DNA from: Flectonema sp. DT1601
Lineage: Eukaryota
DNA length: 64,000 nucleotides
Assembly: GCA_964019425.1 (NCBI GenBank)
Contig: OZ025798.1
Location: 1,302,001-1,366,000 of the forward strand
Reading direction: 5' to 3'
The notes beneath the pieces were generated by a model. The model searched no databases and was not told the origin of the DNA. It saw only the letters and a program-made list of their open reading frames with translations. Shown piece by piece: positions 12,897-23,800 of this stretch (its first letter is position 1; every line of letters begins with the position of its first letter). A program made the translations under genes and the position numbers.

Positions 12897-13411
12897 ACAG
12901 AATGCGCGAATCCGCGCGGTCCGCCCTTGGGCTGTTCATAGTTGTAGTTTTTAAGAATTTGCGAAGAATTATCTTTCGAGCTTCTATTCGTCTTGGGGCG
13001 AAGTCGGGCTTTTATTTTATTTTATGATTTGGTTTGTTTTTTTTGTTGTAATTATCCTCTCCGCATTTCACAATACAAAAAGCCAACTGTTTTCTTCAGC
13101 TAAAGTTTGTTGCTGTTGGTGGTAGCTATTTAGTTGTCATTTTATAAATTGACTTTAGTAATTTTCTGAAACTGATAACCTTCATCGGCAACAGACGTTT
13201 GTTCGTTTGACGCGATGATCAGAAATAATTCTGCGGACTATCTACTCTGACTGGCAACTCGCTTTGTTTTCTCGCAACTCCTGTCTTCCAGTAGTTTGAT
13301 CCCAATTAGTGGATTGTTAGTACTCATGACCAGCTTGTTGAAGTCTTGGTCGGATAACCTTATCAGATACCGTAGTAGTAATAGTATCAGTACCCGGCTT
13401 TACTTCCGGGT

Positions 13412-13752
13412 ATAGTACCTTACCGTGGGTGGATAAAATCTACATGCGCCAGATGACCTGAAAACCTGCTTGTTACTCTGCAATAGATTGCGAGCTGGTT
13501 TTCACAGTCGTTTTCCAGATTGTGCACTTTTTGTAATAATTATTAGTTAGGATACATTTAACTAATTAATATTGTTTTGTAGTACTTCTTACCGTGGGTG
13601 GATAATATCTACATGCGCCAGATGACCTGAAAACCTCCTTGTTACCCTGCAATAGATTATGAGTTGGTTTTTCAAAGTCGTTTTCCAGATTGTGTTCTTT
13701 TTGTAATAATTATTAGTTAGAATACATTTAACTAATTAATTAATATTGTTGT
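13412..13752. repeat. Intergenic tandem duplication, 2 x ~169 bp, each copy containing a long hairpin
   Basis: CTTACCGTGGGTGGATAA...ACATTTAACTAATTAAT occurs at 13419 and 13588 with scattered substitutions. Confidence 0.95.
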
Positions 13753-14035
13753 GTTTTATATGTTCATATCATTCATTGAGGAAACTTATTCTTTTGATTC
13801 TGAGGGAAATCCTAGCTCGTTTTGATGTCGACTTTTACTTTTCTGAAGTAGCGAATCTACAAAATTAGTTCTACTTGAGCTTTCTGAGTGCTCTCCGAAG
13901 AGCGGCTCCCAACAGTTGAAGATATTAAGTCGTCAGGTAGTTTATTAGTTTCTGTTTTTCTGATTTATTCCATTCGTGTTATTCAGGTCTGGAGGCTAGA
14001 GAGATAAAGAGCCTCAGAAAGGGAAAAGGAGAAAC

Positions 14036-15130
14036 ATGTTGCCGGGTGCAGAGCGACCTGAGCGACCACTTTGGGGAGTGTTGCCGCTCATTCTTATTTG
14101 GTATGCGAGCAGTGCGGTGGGAAATATGACTTCGAAGATGATTTTAATGCGATTTCCTTACCCGGTGACGGTAATGATGGGGCCTGTGTGCGTTGGCTTT
14201 GTGAGTGTTCCGCTGATAGCAGCGCTGTTCCCAAGACGGTGGTCCGCAATGGTTTTGAGTGGGAACCCCGATACGGTTCATACTGGACAGTGGAGACCTC
14301 ACTCACTCTTAGCACTGGCTGCTACGAAGAAAAGACTTTGTCTTGCATTAGGACTCCTGTCACTCGGGGGAGGATTGTTTCATAGAATAGCTTTGGTATC
14401 AGTTCATGTCTCATTTGCTCATACAGTGAAAGCTATTCAACCTTTGTATGCTTGTGCGTTTTCATACTTTGTATTACATCACACACCAACATTCTTATCT
14501 CTTCTTGCGTTGTTTATTATTATTGTTGGAATTATGTTATCTGTCGCTAGTGAGATTCATTACGACACAAAGGGAATGCTTGCCCTTCACGGGTCTGTCG
14601 CGTGCCTCAGTCTGAGTTCAGTATTTCAAAAAGGAGTTCTAGTTGGTCTCGACAAGGCTCAAGTCTATGCTTTAATTACTGGAACTGCAGCTGCCCTGAA
14701 CTCGGTGCTTTGGATTCTTTACGACCTTCCAGTCATTTATTCAAAGTTCTCTACGAATGATCAGATCTTTAAAAGAATGAATGATGATGAGGGAGGTTTA
14801 TTTGCGGTCACCCTGTTCCTCGTCAATTCAATTACTCTCGCTGTACAACACTTTTCCTCTCTGTCTGCGTTGCAGCACCTGACACCAACAAGCCACAGTG
14901 TAGTTGCCTGCATGAAGCGAGTTGTTGTAATTGTCGCCAATTCGATGTTCTTTCAGAATCACATGGACTTTACAAACAAAGCTGGGATCACTGTAGCTGT
15001 ACTTGGAGTAGTACTTTATGACAAAGCGAGAAAGATGAGTTTTGGGGGAGTTACTTCTCCTGGACCCTCACCAACGTCTTCAGTATTTCAGTATCTAATT
15101 GATACGAAGGAAGAACCTCAACAACTTTGA
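14036..15130 (+). CDS. Triose-phosphate translocator / SLC35E-family (DMT superfamily) transporter
   Basis: WYASS..N..SK, FPYP, VSFAHTVKAIQP and PTSHSVVACMKRVVVI motifs; multiple TM segments. Confidence 0.88.
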   Translation: MLPGAERPERPLWGVLPLILIWYASSAVGNMTSKMILMRFPYPVTVMMGPVCVGFVSVPLIAALFPRRWSAMVLSGNPDTVHTGQWRPHSLLALAATKKRLCLALGLLSLGGGLFHRIALVSVHVSFAHTVKAIQPLYACAFSYFVLHHTPTFLSLLALFIIIVGIMLSVASEIHYDTKGMLALHGSVACLSLSSVFQKGVLVGLDKAQVYALITGTAAALNSVLWILYDLPVIYSKFSTNDQIFKRMNDDEGGLFAVTLFLVNSITLAVQHFSSLSALQHLTPTSHSVVACMKRVVVIVANSMFFQNHMDFTNKAGITVAVLGVVLYDKARKMSFGGVTSPGPSPTSSVFQYLIDTKEEPQQL

Positions 15131-15425
15131 GGACGAATTGTAGTTTTCAACAACAAAAACAAATCCAAATTGTGAATTTTTCAGTAAAGTATTCTGAAAC
15201 ACCAACTGGCTGTTGGATTTCAGGTTTTTGATGTGAGAATATTATTTTACGTTTTTTTGTTTAACAGACTTGAATAACAGAAAGCAGGTGTTGGTTTCGT
15301 ATGTGTCGGAGGGGAGATCTTCGTTCATTCGACGTGATTTGTTATTTTGATTGTGATATCACCGGTGATGTGAATCAACAGGAGTTATGTTATTTAACTA
15401 TCTATTCCCCCTCTCAGTCTCGAAG

Positions 15426-18400
15426 ATGAGAGACACTAATTTCGCATTACCAACAAATGAATCCTCCTCATGTTATAATGACTCTGAGTCATCAGATCTC
15501 ATCCAACTGCGGGGCTGGAGGAAGTTTTTGAGTATTCGAACTATCGTCAGTTTGATATCTCTCTGGTCGGTTGCTATTTCCGCAGCAACAGTTGCTGTAA
15601 TGCTGAGCACGACATACGACAACGCGCTGCATGACGTCACAGGGAACTCCGAAAATGTTACCAGCTCTTGTTTTAGTAAAACGGAAAAGGAATTGACAAA
15701 CATCGCTGTGGATCTGTTAACGTTCAACGCGGTCTCCATATCCGATAGCGTTCTTCAGATGTTAAATACTGCTCACACTGCAACAAATATTAGTGTGGAG
15801 TCGTATTTCCACTCTTCACCAGGAGCTAATCTCTCGAGTTGGAATCACATATATTCAGAAAGAGGAATGATGTACAACGTAGTGAGTTCTTTACAGACTC
15901 GAGGGATTGCTGTCAGCAGTATTACAGTAGCGAGAGCATCAGGAGATAAAGGATTGATGAGGATGTTAAATATATTCACAAGTTTAGAATTTGGTCTGAC
16001 GCTAACAACTATCTATGATGGATCTCGTGATGATGGAATGGGTACAGTTGGTATTACTATCCCGCATGATGGTGGCATGTCAGTTGTGATTGAAAACTCT
16101 GTCAATCTCCGAGACAGTGCCAACGGTCACGCACTAGCTCGCTTTGGATTACTTGAACCTGGTGTCTCGATGTGGCAAAGAATTTCATTTCGAGCTTTAT
16201 TTGCTGGAATACTTCTAACGACTCTACACTACGATCCGATATCAGATACGAATCTTATTTTTGAAGTGTCTCTGTCTCTCCCCAGGATGTCTCAGGTGCT
16301 GCGCGAACTTGCAGAGAAAACTATGGAAGAAACAGGTGCCACAATTTATATTTATGCAGTAGATGCCTCCTCTCCTTTTAACAAAGATGCAATCAGGTCT
16401 GGATTGTCAGCTGCTTTTCCGAGAGATAATTTTTATCAAGTTGATACCCTGCTGGCTGTTTCTAATGGAACTTCGTACAAGACGGCCGATATTAACACCA
16501 CTGGGAAGCTTTTAAATGACATTGAAGCAAATGATCCAGGAATTCGAGAGATTGCAATTGGTATTCACAATCAGTATTCTTATCATTCTATAAATAAGAA
16601 AAGGGAGGCAACATTTATTCGTTCCCTTGGTCAAGAATTTATTGTTCAGGTTTCATCCTTGCAACCAGAGAGAGGTCTGGACTGGTGGTTAGTTTCCGCA
16701 ATCAACGCTGACTACGTTCTGGGAAATACACAACAGCAGCAGGAAGAGGCCCGCCTAGAGATTAAAAGGAAGGACAAGAAGACCGATGATGATTTGAATG
16801 AAAAAAGAACAATAATTCTTATTGTAATTCTGTCAGTATCATTTGCTTTATTTGGTTTGTCTATTCTAATTGGTCATAAAATGCTCCAACCCCTCGGCCA
16901 CTTGAAAGATGAAATGCGAAAGGTGTCGGAAATGAATTTAGAAACGGAAACTACGAAAACTGTTTTCTACGAACTGAATGCCATGCAGGCAAGCTTTCAA
17001 AAGATGGTACGCAATCTGAAGGAGTACAAGGCGTACGTTCCAACAGCTGTACTCTCAGGGTCACAAGTGTATCAGGTACCACCTACTGGAATTATTGGTT
17101 TGGTTTTCACAGATATCGTTTCCTCAACAGCACTGTGGGCACGCGCTGCAACTGCAATGATTGACGCACTCGAATTGCACAACATGTGTATTCGAAAGTT
17201 AATTCAGCAACACGATGGATATGAAGTAAAAACAATCGGAGACGCTTTTATGATATCCTTCAGCAGTAACTTGAAAGCGATTGAGTTTTGTATGAACACA
17301 CAGGAGGAGTTTGTTAAACAAAGTTGGCCTTCGGAACTTGAACTCCCTCCACAATATAACAGACCAGGTGATAATCTTCCTATTTGGAATGGACTGAGAC
17401 TACGAATGGGATGTCATATCGGAGAAGCTGGTGTTGAAGAGAATCCTCTCACTGGTAGAGCTGACTACCGCGGATCGACTGTTTGTATGGCTGCTCGATT
17501 AGAGGCTAAGGCTCTCCCAGGAACCCTCTGTGTCACAAGAGATGTTTATCAAGCAATGAAAGGCAGCTTTTCTGGAGATCAGATGCCGACTGCAGTGGAA
17601 TTCGGTTGTCACGAATTACGAGGAATTGGCAGCGTGGATCTCGTAATAATGACAACCTCAAATCTAACGGGGAGATTGAAAGTGCGGCAATACAACTACG
17701 AAGGCCTGGGTGCCCCAACACACGAGGGGGATCATCGGACTGTGTCGGGGGGTAGTTCCGTAGCTTCGACTCATGTGAGTGATGATGGAGGGAGAATATC
17801 GATGCAGGTGAGTAGCAGGAATAAGAAAACAGGATTAGCGTTATCGAGTAGCGAGTTAACGGTTGCAGTTTGTCGTCTTTATGATCTCCGCTTAAGTAAA
17901 GTATTTGATAATTATAATTTAATGTTGCGATTGGCAAGTGACGCGGCAACTCAAACTGATGGCGTCCTGAGGGGAGTAACCGACAGGACGTTGACAGTCG
18001 TTTGGAATGGTTCGAAGTCTTGCAGACTGCACACGACGGCTGCACTTCGATTTGCTTCACAAATTGAGTGGAGAGCAGGTGCCATTACTCGCATTGGTAT
18101 TGCAACCGGAACCCTTCTTCACGGAAATATTGGAACCAGCACTCAACGTTTTGCCACTACAATTGGTCTTCCTCTGGAAGCTGCTCAAGCCGCTGCTGAC
18201 GTTGCTCACCAACTCGGTGCTTACGCCGTCCTCGCTGATTGCACCGAAGGCTGCAAACTGCTGTCAAATTCTGCAATCTCGCCGTTCCTCAGAATGGCTG
18301 ACTCCTGGATAGAGTCGGAGAGTAATAAAGAAATCATGATTTATCAGGTGCTTTGCTCATCTTTAATGAAGCAGCTGGAAGATGGCTGGGGGATTGTTGC

Positions 18401-18720
18401 GGATGGAAGTGCAACAGCAGCAGAGGCTCACAATAAAGCTTTCAAATCCGTCCTTGCTGGTGACAGAGATCAGCTCGAGAAGATGAAACTTCAGATATCG
18501 ATGAAAGGAGACGATTGTGTTCTTTCCGTATGTATTCAAACAATTTATTTATTACACGTCGGTACCTACTGACTACATTTGATTAAACCTCGTCGACTCA
18601 TTAAAATAAAAACAGAAAATTATTTCGTTACTCGACAGTGAAATTGAGTCCCTCGACGGGACCTACCGAGTGAAGATCCGATTTACGCGTCTCCCAAATG
18701 GGTGCAGTTACAGTTCGTAG
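15426..18720 (+). CDS. Receptor-type class III adenylate cyclase (TM, extracellular region, TM, HAMP-like, cyclase, degenerate second cyclase); 2 exons (15426-18527, 18616-18720), ~1068 aa
   Basis: VFTDIVSST, YEVKTIGDAFM, GLRLRMG and DYRG..V.MAARLE catalytic motifs; two hydrophobic helices; intron 18528-18615. Start chosen after the pyrimidine-tract AG at 15417. Confidence 0.9.
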
Positions 18721-20537
18721 TGTAGTACACTTTCCTCTTATTATTATTTTATTTGTGTAATCAATTTATATTTTCCTGATTGCAGCCAACAGGCGGAGTA
18801 AATTATTTTCTTCGCTTCGCAGCTTGCACTTTTTATTAACTCCTCTCTCTCTCTCTGAGTATTCTTCTTCTTCATCTCATCAGGCAGCTAACAGCGTTTC
18901 GATATTTGCTTTGCCATATCCTTATTGTAGTTCTTGACCTTCTTCGTGAACTCCTTTGTCGGAGCGCGTTGTAGTTATTCCTCCTTCAGAAGGAGGGTTT
19001 AACTTTCTGTGCGTAATTTCTTTTTATATTTAAACATTACTAAGAAGTGGAATCTGTTCCCTTCAGTTTGATATCAAACAATCAGTTTGACTCCGCCCTG
19101 AGTTTCTAATAATTCTCATCGCTGCTTCCCTACCGTCTTTCTGTTACTTTGGGGTTAAGAAGGGAAACAGTTCTTGTTAATATGATTAGTTTCATTACGT
19201 GGAATGAAATGGTTATTACTCTTCGTCTGAAAACGATGATAGTGACAAGCCTGTATTTATTAATTTTATTTTCCACACTTTTGTATTTCGTTCCTGTAGT
19301 CGTCATAACTCTAATCATAAAGTTATGATGACATGTCATTTGTTATTTCTGTTAGCAACAAACTTACCACACCTTTGTGTGGAGCAACTCGATTGATTGA
19401 TTCTCTTTTTGTTTATAATAATAATCAACAACTCTATTTATTTAAACTTTAGCAGTCAGGAGACATTCTGACAGCCTTCTAATCTAATCAATATTATTTA
19501 CTTTGTTTAGAAAACCTATTCTTCATATCTTCACCCTCGTCCCCCAGGAGCTAGTTATTCCGAAACCCAGAGCTCACTTGTTGTCTCTGAGGGTACTAAT
19601 TTCGTATGGTGTCGAAGATGCTTTTTGGCTGTCTTGTAATTACAAGAGACGCTCGCAACGCGTTAATTTCAACAAGAAGGTTTTCCTACCTAATGTGACC
19701 CTGTCAGTCAGTGGGTATCTAAACTAGTGTAAGAAAGTTGTTATTAATTTATGAAGTGCAAGCATTTGCCAAAATTCGATCGTCACCTAGCTCTTGGGTT
19801 ACTCATGCGTGCCTAATTTGCGAGCCAAAACAAAAACATTTCCTCCCATTCTCTTTACACTTCAGATCTGTTTACCTAACTATATTCAATCTCAAAAATA
19901 CTCAAAAAGAAATAATGTGTCTGCTAATTGTGTTGTCGTTCTTCCATTGCGAGTTTTTGTCACTTCTTATCTGACATTTGATTGCTCAGCAGTCAACCAG
20001 TTGTTAGAAGATAATTCTCTTATTACGATATCTCAGAATGCCGTAATGTTCATCAACTGCTGCCATCCATTGCAGCTATCTCGAACTACAGCAGCGTTCC
20101 GAAAATGTTTTTTTGTATTCGAATCGAGTTGATGTTGATTTGCATGTTTTGGTCTTTCAGAAGCCTGCAGAGCATCTTCGCGGTTTGGAGTTCCTTTGTT
20201 ACCTTTCCTTTCTATTTACTGAGGCTGGAGGATGGTCGAAGAAGATTCAAATCCAAGTTGAGTTATTGGCCAAACCAGTTTTCAGTTATGTCATCTACGC
20301 AAACCTATTACAAATAAGTATAATTGCAGAACAGAATATTATTTGTTTCGTTAAATCAGAACACGGCTGTCGGATCATTTTCCTTTCGCGCAATCATCAA
20401 ACTGCAGCTAAAGAAGTCTTTTGTTTTAAATGATGACAGGGTTAGTTTTTAGTTGAACAAAAGAACTTCGTATTCTTGACTTTAATGAAAGCTATCAATA
20501 TTCTCTCGTGTTCAGAGCTGAGTGAACTTTTATTTTT

Positions 20538-20576
20538 ATGAGAATAAGTCCACCAACTGGGATGACTTATTCTCAT
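20538..20576. repeat. Perfect 13-bp inverted repeat with 13-nt loop
   Basis: ATGAGAATAAGTC-caccaactgggat-GACTTATTCTCAT. Confidence 0.9.
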
Positions 20577-20892
20577 CAGCGGATTCCCGTTCTTGTGAAT
20601 TGAAATTTCTAAACACCTTTCTGGGATTTGTTTATTTGAGTTCGATGGATTCTTAAGAAGAAATTATCGGATTCAAGTACTCAGGTTCTGTTGTCGACTG
20701 AAAAGAAATTCCTCTCTCAGTTGACCACCTGCAACGTATCGTTTGTTCTGTTCATTTGTTGAATTGAAATTATTTTATAATCGCAATCGTTGTTATCATT
20801 TCTACTCTCTTCAGATTGAATCTCAAGATCGGATGCTACTTCAGTAGTCTGCCGACGGAGAACATTTCTTCACATCAGCGATGATATAAAAT

Positions 20893-23800
20893 ATGACCGA
20901 AGAAGAGGACGAGGATTCGGAAACATTATTTGGTAGCAGCGATGGTTCCGAAACTTCTGAAGAGGCGTCTCTTAGAGATGATTTGTACAAGTCAACTACA
21001 GAAGTACAAGAAATCGCGTTAACTACGCAGCTTCAAGTCAACCAAGACGTTGGGGTGGATGGGATATCTGGATCTGATTTTTATTTTAAAATGACGCAGC
21101 AAGGAAGAAATCTAACCTCCCTCACAAATTGTATGCGCGATTCTGATACTGCATTGACGCAATTGCGAGGTCGCAAAGGAGAATCAAAAAACGGGGAAAA
21201 GAATTCTGCTGCTCCTCCCGACAACGAAACACATCCGAAGGACAGTTCGTTAGCTGCTTCGAATAGCAGATTGACCTCAGTTCGTAATTCAGATGATTCT
21301 AAATCTATTCTTCCAGCAGACACAACTCCCTCTCTCACAAGACAACTCAAAGCAGTTCCTAATAAATCTGTTATGAAGACTTCGCGTTTTATTAAGAAAG
21401 AGCGCCACGTTCGCAAAATGGCGCCGCTGATTTCAATTGGCTCGTCATTTGACTTCTTGCCACCCTCATCAGAGGGAGAGAATCGGTTACTCTCTGCGCC
21501 CACAAAAATAAGTGATTCGATGAGTTTACTCCGTCCTGGTGATGTGGTTGAAGTCGATTCACTCGAAACAATAATTGCGACGAGTCAAAATAATTTAACA
21601 CAAACTGTCTGTTCCGAATCTGTGCCGTCAAAAGATCGAAACTATCGAAGTCACATTACTGACTACGACCTTCCTGAAGCAGTTTGTGAAGTCTACGACA
21701 GCAATGGAATTGGAGAACTCTTTCCCTGGCAGATCGCTTGCCTGAGCGAGACTGGTGTACTTGAGGGTGAGGATCTCGTTTTTTGTGCTCCTACCAGTGG
21801 GGGGAAAACGCTAATTGCTGAAATGGCAATCGTGAAGCAATTGCAACGCCACGTTAAACGAAAAGTAATTTTTGTTGTACCTTACGTTTCGATGGTAATG
21901 GAACGAGTGGAGTCTTTGACAAAACTGTTAGAACCTCTCAGAGTTGTTGTTGGGACACAAGCTGCCGGAAAAGGGAATCGACTACTGCTTGATGACGTAG
22001 CTGTTTGCACAATAGAAAGAGGAAATAGTATTATGAACACAATTATAGACATGGGAAGAGTATCTGAAGTGTCAACAATTATTATTGATGAGCTTCACAT
22101 GATATCTGATTCTGATCGAGGGTATCTTCTCGAGTTGTTTCTCGCAAAACTGTTGTACGCACACCACTCTGATGTTCAAATCGTCGGCATGTCAGCAACT
22201 CTTCCCAACGCAACGCTGTTGGCTACTTGGCTTCGAGACGCCTGGTTTTTCAGTACAAACTATCGACCAGTACCTTTGACGGAATGGTACATCACTTCTG
22301 ATGTCTTAAAATCGATTGATAGCGGGACTCGCGAAGTTAAAAAGTTTCCACAATGCGCACCAGATGACCGCCTCGCTAATTTGGTACTGGAAACCGTTTC
22401 TGAGGGCAATTCAGTTTTGGTCTTCTGCAGCAGTAAAATGTTAGTCGAAACAACTGCAGCAAAGCTTGCTAAAGTAATGATTGATATTTATTTAACTGAT
22501 GAACATCAAAAACAAAGAAATGATGCGATGGATCAGTTGGGAGCCATACCGAGTGGGATGGATCCGACATTAGCGGAGTGCATTCCACTGGGAGTTGGGT
22601 ACCACCACGCTGGTCTTTGTATTGAAGAGAGAGATGTTATTGAGGAATGTTTTCGAAATGGATCAGTCCACACCCTGACATGTACAACAACACTCGCAGC
22701 TGGTGTAAACTTGCCTGCCCGCCGAGTCATATTCCTCAACACACGCATTGGTCTCTCTCGAATGGACGCAACTCGATACAAACAGGCGTGCGGTCGGGCA
22801 GGTAGGATGGGACTTGACTCTCGCGGAGAATCCGTTCTTTTGGGAAAGCCGGATGAAGAGAAGTTCCTAAGGAGTCTCATTGAAGGTCCATTAAAAGCTT
22901 CTACATCATCACTTACACACACAAAGAGAGGAATGATTCGGGCAATTGGAGAGGTAATCGCTTCAGGAGCAGTCTCATCAGTTTGTGATATTCAAAGATA
23001 CGTTTCCTGTACTTTTGCGTGCACGCAGACTGGTGAAGAAGCAGTTGTGGTGTCTACTCAGAACGCTCTTAAGTTCTTAGAACAAAACGATTTCATAACT
23101 TGGAATTTGAGCAACGCATCGTTCACACCCACCAGACTTGCGGTTGCAACTTTCAGATCGGGGCTGTGCCCTGAAGAAGCAAAATTAGTTTTTGAAAACC
23201 TCCAAATTGCAAGACAGCATTTTATTATGTCACACGACCTTCATTTGGTGTATCACTGCACACCTTGTATAACGGGAATCACTCCTTGTTGGAGAGATTA
23301 TTTTCAATTGTTTGTTCAACTTTCTTCTGAAGGGCAGAAAATTGGTCGACTTGTTGGTATCGATGACGGCACTCTTGCGATGTCCGCCCATCAGCAACCG
23401 CAGCCAAGTGACCCGAAATGTGGAGTTCTCAATCGATTTTATGCCGCCATGATGCTTTATGACCTCGCTAACGAAGTATCGATAGCCAGGGTATCAACGA
23501 AGTATAACGTTCAGCGAGGTGACATTCAGAGACTAATGAACGCAGCTGCAAGTTTCAGTGGGATGGTCGCAGCTTTTAGTGAGCAGCTGAACTGGTGGGG
23601 ATTTGCTCCGCTGATTCAGCAGCTGCAAGATCGAATCCGAGATGGTGTTACTTCTGATTTGGTTCCACTGATGCAAATTCCAAAAATGAAATCTTACCGA
23701 GCTCGCTCTCTTTATCAGGCAGGTTATCGTACTGTTGAATCAGTTGCTTCTGCACCACCGTCAGCGTTGGAATCAGCGCTATCGAGAGTTGAGCCATTTC

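Noticed and set aside
13451..13513. SECIS element
   Set aside because: ATGA is Watson-Crick paired rather than forming a GA quartet, the AA spacing is wrong, and no evidence suggests the upstream TGA is recoded.
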